NCBI GenBank assembly: GCA_965261395.1 | Contig: OZ253462.1 | Span: forward strand, 5,152,001 to 5,216,000 | DNA: 64,000 bases | Direction of reading: 5' to 3' | Source of the DNA: Candidatus Latescibacterota bacterium | Lineage (GTDB): Bacteria; Latescibacterota; UBA2968; UBA8231 | Notes under the pieces: generated by a model | What the model saw: only the letters and a program-made list of their open reading frames with translations | Database searches by the model: none | Told to the model about the DNA's origin: nothing | Made by a program: the position numbers and the translations under genes | Shown here: piece after piece, positions 61,586-64,000 of the stretch | How positions within the stretch are numbered: position 1 is the first letter of the stretch | How the letters are laid out: the number at the start of each line of letters is the position of its first letter

Positions 61586-62815
61586 ATGCTCTACCGCATC
61601 GCCGCTATCGGCTTCATTTTTGCCTGCACGAGTGTCGCTTGGATCATCTTGGCGCAGGTCGTATCCTACCGCACCCACCACCAAGATACCAAGCTCAAAG
61701 CCGCGGTGGGGCAATTGTGGGGCACCCCTCAGTCCCAACGCGCCCCACTCCTGTACTGGACCACCGAGGAAACCGTCGTCACACAGACCTCCGACGGCCA
61801 AGCGACAGAGCGGCGTCACCTCCTGCCCCTAGAAGCTAGCCGCCTACAAATCGATCTACATCTCGAACACCGCCGCAAGGGCCTGCTGTGGTACGCCACC
61901 TACCAAGTGGCACTAGACGCCACCTATACCGCGACCAACGCGACCGACCATCCCCTCGACCTGACCTTCGATCTAGCCCTGCCTACTTCCCAAGCTGTGT
62001 ACGACGATTTCGCCCTGTCTATCGACGGCCAACCCATCGCTCCGCTGCCTCTAGCGGAAGGGCACTTGCAACAGCCGTTGCATTTAGCGCCGGGCCAGAG
62101 TCGCCAGATCCGTCTTTCCTATCAATCGCAGGGTTTAGAAGAATGGTGGTACCGCTTCGGCGACCACGTCGAGCAAGTCTCCGATTTCGAGTTGATCATG
62201 CACACTGATTTCGACGCCATCGACTTCCCACGCGAAAGCCTAGCACCCACTCAAAAGGAGCGCACGGCCGATGGCTGGCGTCTCACTTGGCAGTACGACC
62301 GCTTGCTCACCGGGGCTTCCCTCGGCATGGTCATGCCCGCCCGACTCAATCCAGGTCCCTGGGTACAAGACGTGACCCAAGCCGCGCCCATATCCCTCTT
62401 TCTCTTTTTCTTTGTGCTATTTGTTTTCGCCGCAGTAAAAGGCATCGATATCCATCCGATGAATTACTTCTTCATCGGCGCGGCCTTTTTCAGCTTTCAC
62501 TTGCTTTTGGCCTACCTAGCAGACCACTTGCTCATCCACTACGCCTTTTTGGTAGCTGCGGTGGTGTCCGTTTTCTTGGTCGTCTCCTACATGCGGCTCG
62601 TGGTCGGCCTGCGGCTGGCCTTGATCGAGGTGGGCTTGGCTCAACTCATTTACTTGGTGCTCTTCTCCTACACCTTCTTCTTCGTCGGCTATACCGGCTT
62701 GGCCATTACCGTCCTGTGCATCGCCACGCTCTTCGCCGCCATGCAGCTTACCGGCCGGATGGACTGGTCGGCCGCTTTTGCCCAACCGCCAGCCACTCCT
62801 CAAAAATCCAAGTAG
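61586..62815 (+). CDS. CreD-family inner membrane protein
   Basis: AAGGAGG RBS; N-terminal TM, periplasmic domain, then IHPMNYFFIG..FHLLLAYL and TM bundle ending TGRMDW. Confidence 0.7.
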   Translation: MLYRIAAIGFIFACTSVAWIILAQVVSYRTHHQDTKLKAAVGQLWGTPQSQRAPLLYWTTEETVVTQTSDGQATERRHLLPLEASRLQIDLHLEHRRKGLLWYATYQVALDATYTATNATDHPLDLTFDLALPTSQAVYDDFALSIDGQPIAPLPLAEGHLQQPLHLAPGQSRQIRLSYQSQGLEEWWYRFGDHVEQVSDFELIMHTDFDAIDFPRESLAPTQKERTADGWRLTWQYDRLLTGASLGMVMPARLNPGPWVQDVTQAAPISLFLFFFVLFVFAAVKGIDIHPMNYFFIGAAFFSFHLLLAYLADHLLIHYAFLVAAVVSVFLVVSYMRLVVGLRLALIEVGLAQLIYLVLFSYTFFFVGYTGLAITVLCIATLFAAMQLTGRMDWSAAFAQPPATPQKSK

Positions 62816-62816
62816 C

Positions 62817-63034
62817 CTAGCCCATCACCCGCAACCGCTCAGGCACCTCCACCGGCTCCCCCCACGACACACCAGCGGAAAGTGCGAACCGGCCTCGGCC
62901 ATAGGCGCATTATCGGGCAAATCGACGAACTGTTTCATAAGGTGCTCGCCGCTTTGGTCGAAGCGCGCCGCGCCGGTCATGTAGTGGATGGCAATGGCGC
63001 GGCGGGGCCGGGGCGACTGATTGAAGGGCGAGCC
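62817..63034 (-). pseudogene. Orphan 3' end of a phytanoyl-CoA dioxygenase (PhyH)-family gene, probably frameshifted
   Basis: Translates GSPFNQSPRPRRAIAIHYMTG...HFPLVCRGG; one extra G in the G6 run (62858-62863) would give EPVEVPERLRVMG-stop; no start codon or 5' part. Confidence 0.65.
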
Positions 63035-63114
63035 TGAGCCCTTCGGGCAGAGGTTGGCGCTGAGACCAGAGTTAGGAACTACTGCATATCTTTCATCAGG
63101 GAATAAATTGTAGA

Positions 63115-64000
63115 TTATCCAAGACGAAGCTCAACGGTGATCGTAGGTTTGTCCTTCCGTGCTGTCTTCACCGCAGTCGCAGTAGCGACTATATTGCTTC
63201 CTGAGTCGATTTCAGGCGCTAGGCGTTGAGCCAGACCCCGCGATAGGAAGCCGACTTGCCCAGCCTTATGACGTACGGTGACTGCATTTGAGTCTACAGG
63301 GTTGTCATAATCTCGGCGAAGTTCAAGTTTGTCTCCTGATCTAACTCGCAGCGCAGCAATTCGGCGTTTTCCGTAGGACGCCCCAACCACTTCCTGCTGA
63401 AGAGGAAGGACTTCATGGAGCGGCCTAATTGGATTAAGTAATGGATTGATCGCCATTCTTCCCAGCTTGTATCTGAGGTCGTCGAGCACATATCCAGTAA
63501 CCTCATGTTCGTGACGCAGTGAGTCATCAGACAAGCTAGACAGCCAAGCAACGAAGTTTTCGTGGGAAGAAACATCCGAAGCTTGCTCCTCAAAGCCTTC
63601 TGCCAAGCGAAGTGCAACATCCCGCGTGGAAATTCCTATAGACATCGCCCACGAAGCCACTGGGTTAGGTAGTCCATATTTCACCATTGACGGATAGCAT
63701 CGAATGTACTCTGAAAGTCTCTCATCTTGGATGCCTAAAAACTCTTTGGAAATCCGAAGAAGCGCAGAGATAATCCAAGGCAATCTATATCCAAACAACT
63801 CTTCTACATATCGAGATATACTCTCCACCGAGTCCGTATCATCCGGTGTACTCTTAACTATCTCCTTTATAGACATTCCGTCCAACCAGTGACCAAGCAA
63901 GACCTCGGGGTCACCCTCAAAAGCAGTTGTGGTTTCTGCCTCGGGCAATTGAAGACTAGCATCAAGCACTAGGTGGTTCAATGATTCGAGGTCATCGTAT
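63115..64000 (-). CDS. C-terminal part of a probable DEAD/DEAH (Ski2-like) helicase with terminal HIRAN domain; runs off the window
   Basis: Frame open to 64000; HIRAN motif VVGASY..GDKLELRRDYDNPVDSNAV..VGFL; preceding WLDG..I, GYRLPW, KYGLP..SIGI.TR resembles helicase C-termini; AT-richer than flanks. Helicase motifs themselves are outside the window. Confidence 0.65.
   Translation of the reverse strand, partial: YDDLESLNHLVLDASLQLPEAETTTAFEGDPEVLLGHWLDGMSIKEIVKSTPDDTDSVESISRYVEELFGYRLPWIISALLRISKEFLGIQDERLSEYIRCYPSMVKYGLPNPVASWAMSIGISTRDVALRLAEGFEEQASDVSSHENFVAWLSSLSDDSLRHEHEVTGYVLDDLRYKLGRMAINPLLNPIRPLHEVLPLQQEVVGASYGKRRIAALRVRSGDKLELRRDYDNPVDSNAVTVRHKAGQVGFLSRGLAQRLAPEIDSGSNIVATATAVKTARKDKPTITVELRLG

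Noticed and set aside
14642-61839. Long antisense/alternate-frame ORFs (e.g. 14664-15866, 37359-38303, 43513-44565, 60147-61331, 60724-61839)
   Set aside because: Shadow ORFs expected from high-GC codon bias opposite well-supported genes; no motifs.

Overview
High-GC bacterial window, mostly minus-strand genes. Gene content suggests an FCB-superphylum organism such as Latescibacterota or Gemmatimonadota (inference only): FlgD/CHU_C-tailed secreted proteins, a TAVE..SWG.IK C-terminal motif, several CRTAC1/ASPIC-UnbV lipoproteins, a sulfatase and a DUF6785-type transporter. Left part: GNAT gene, a vapBC-type toxin-antitoxin pair, and a sugar ABC operon split by a 6.8-kb integrase-less island. 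The island is bounded by a 79-bp direct repeat of the ABC-ATPase 3' end (3 mismatches, all synonymous) and encodes a 1761-aa STAND-like ATPase plus a 433-aa protein with a HEPN-like RxxxxH motif, a candidate new defence system. Centre (about 12.7-53.4 kb): a large cell-envelope locus. Its core is an operon-like run of two paralogous ~930-990-aa putative outer-membrane proteins, a His-motif membrane/TPR protein, a CBM9-like protein and eight paralogous secreted proteins. The eight have discoidin-like domains with hypervariable loops and a shared FTPNGDG...AY C-terminal domain. A divergent PPIase foldase, GT-C glycosyltransferases and FG-GAP proteins flank the core; together this is a candidate undescribed surface-display or secretion system. 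Right part: a 5'-truncated pyrE, a sulfatase, a ~2090-aa M28/FtsX/DUF6785-type fusion, a CreD-like gene, a frameshifted phyH-like 3' remnant, and the end of an AT-richer helicase-like/HIRAN gene that probably marks a second island. No rRNA, tRNA, CRISPR array, integrase or transposase was recognised. All domain calls are by-eye motif recognition; no searches were run.
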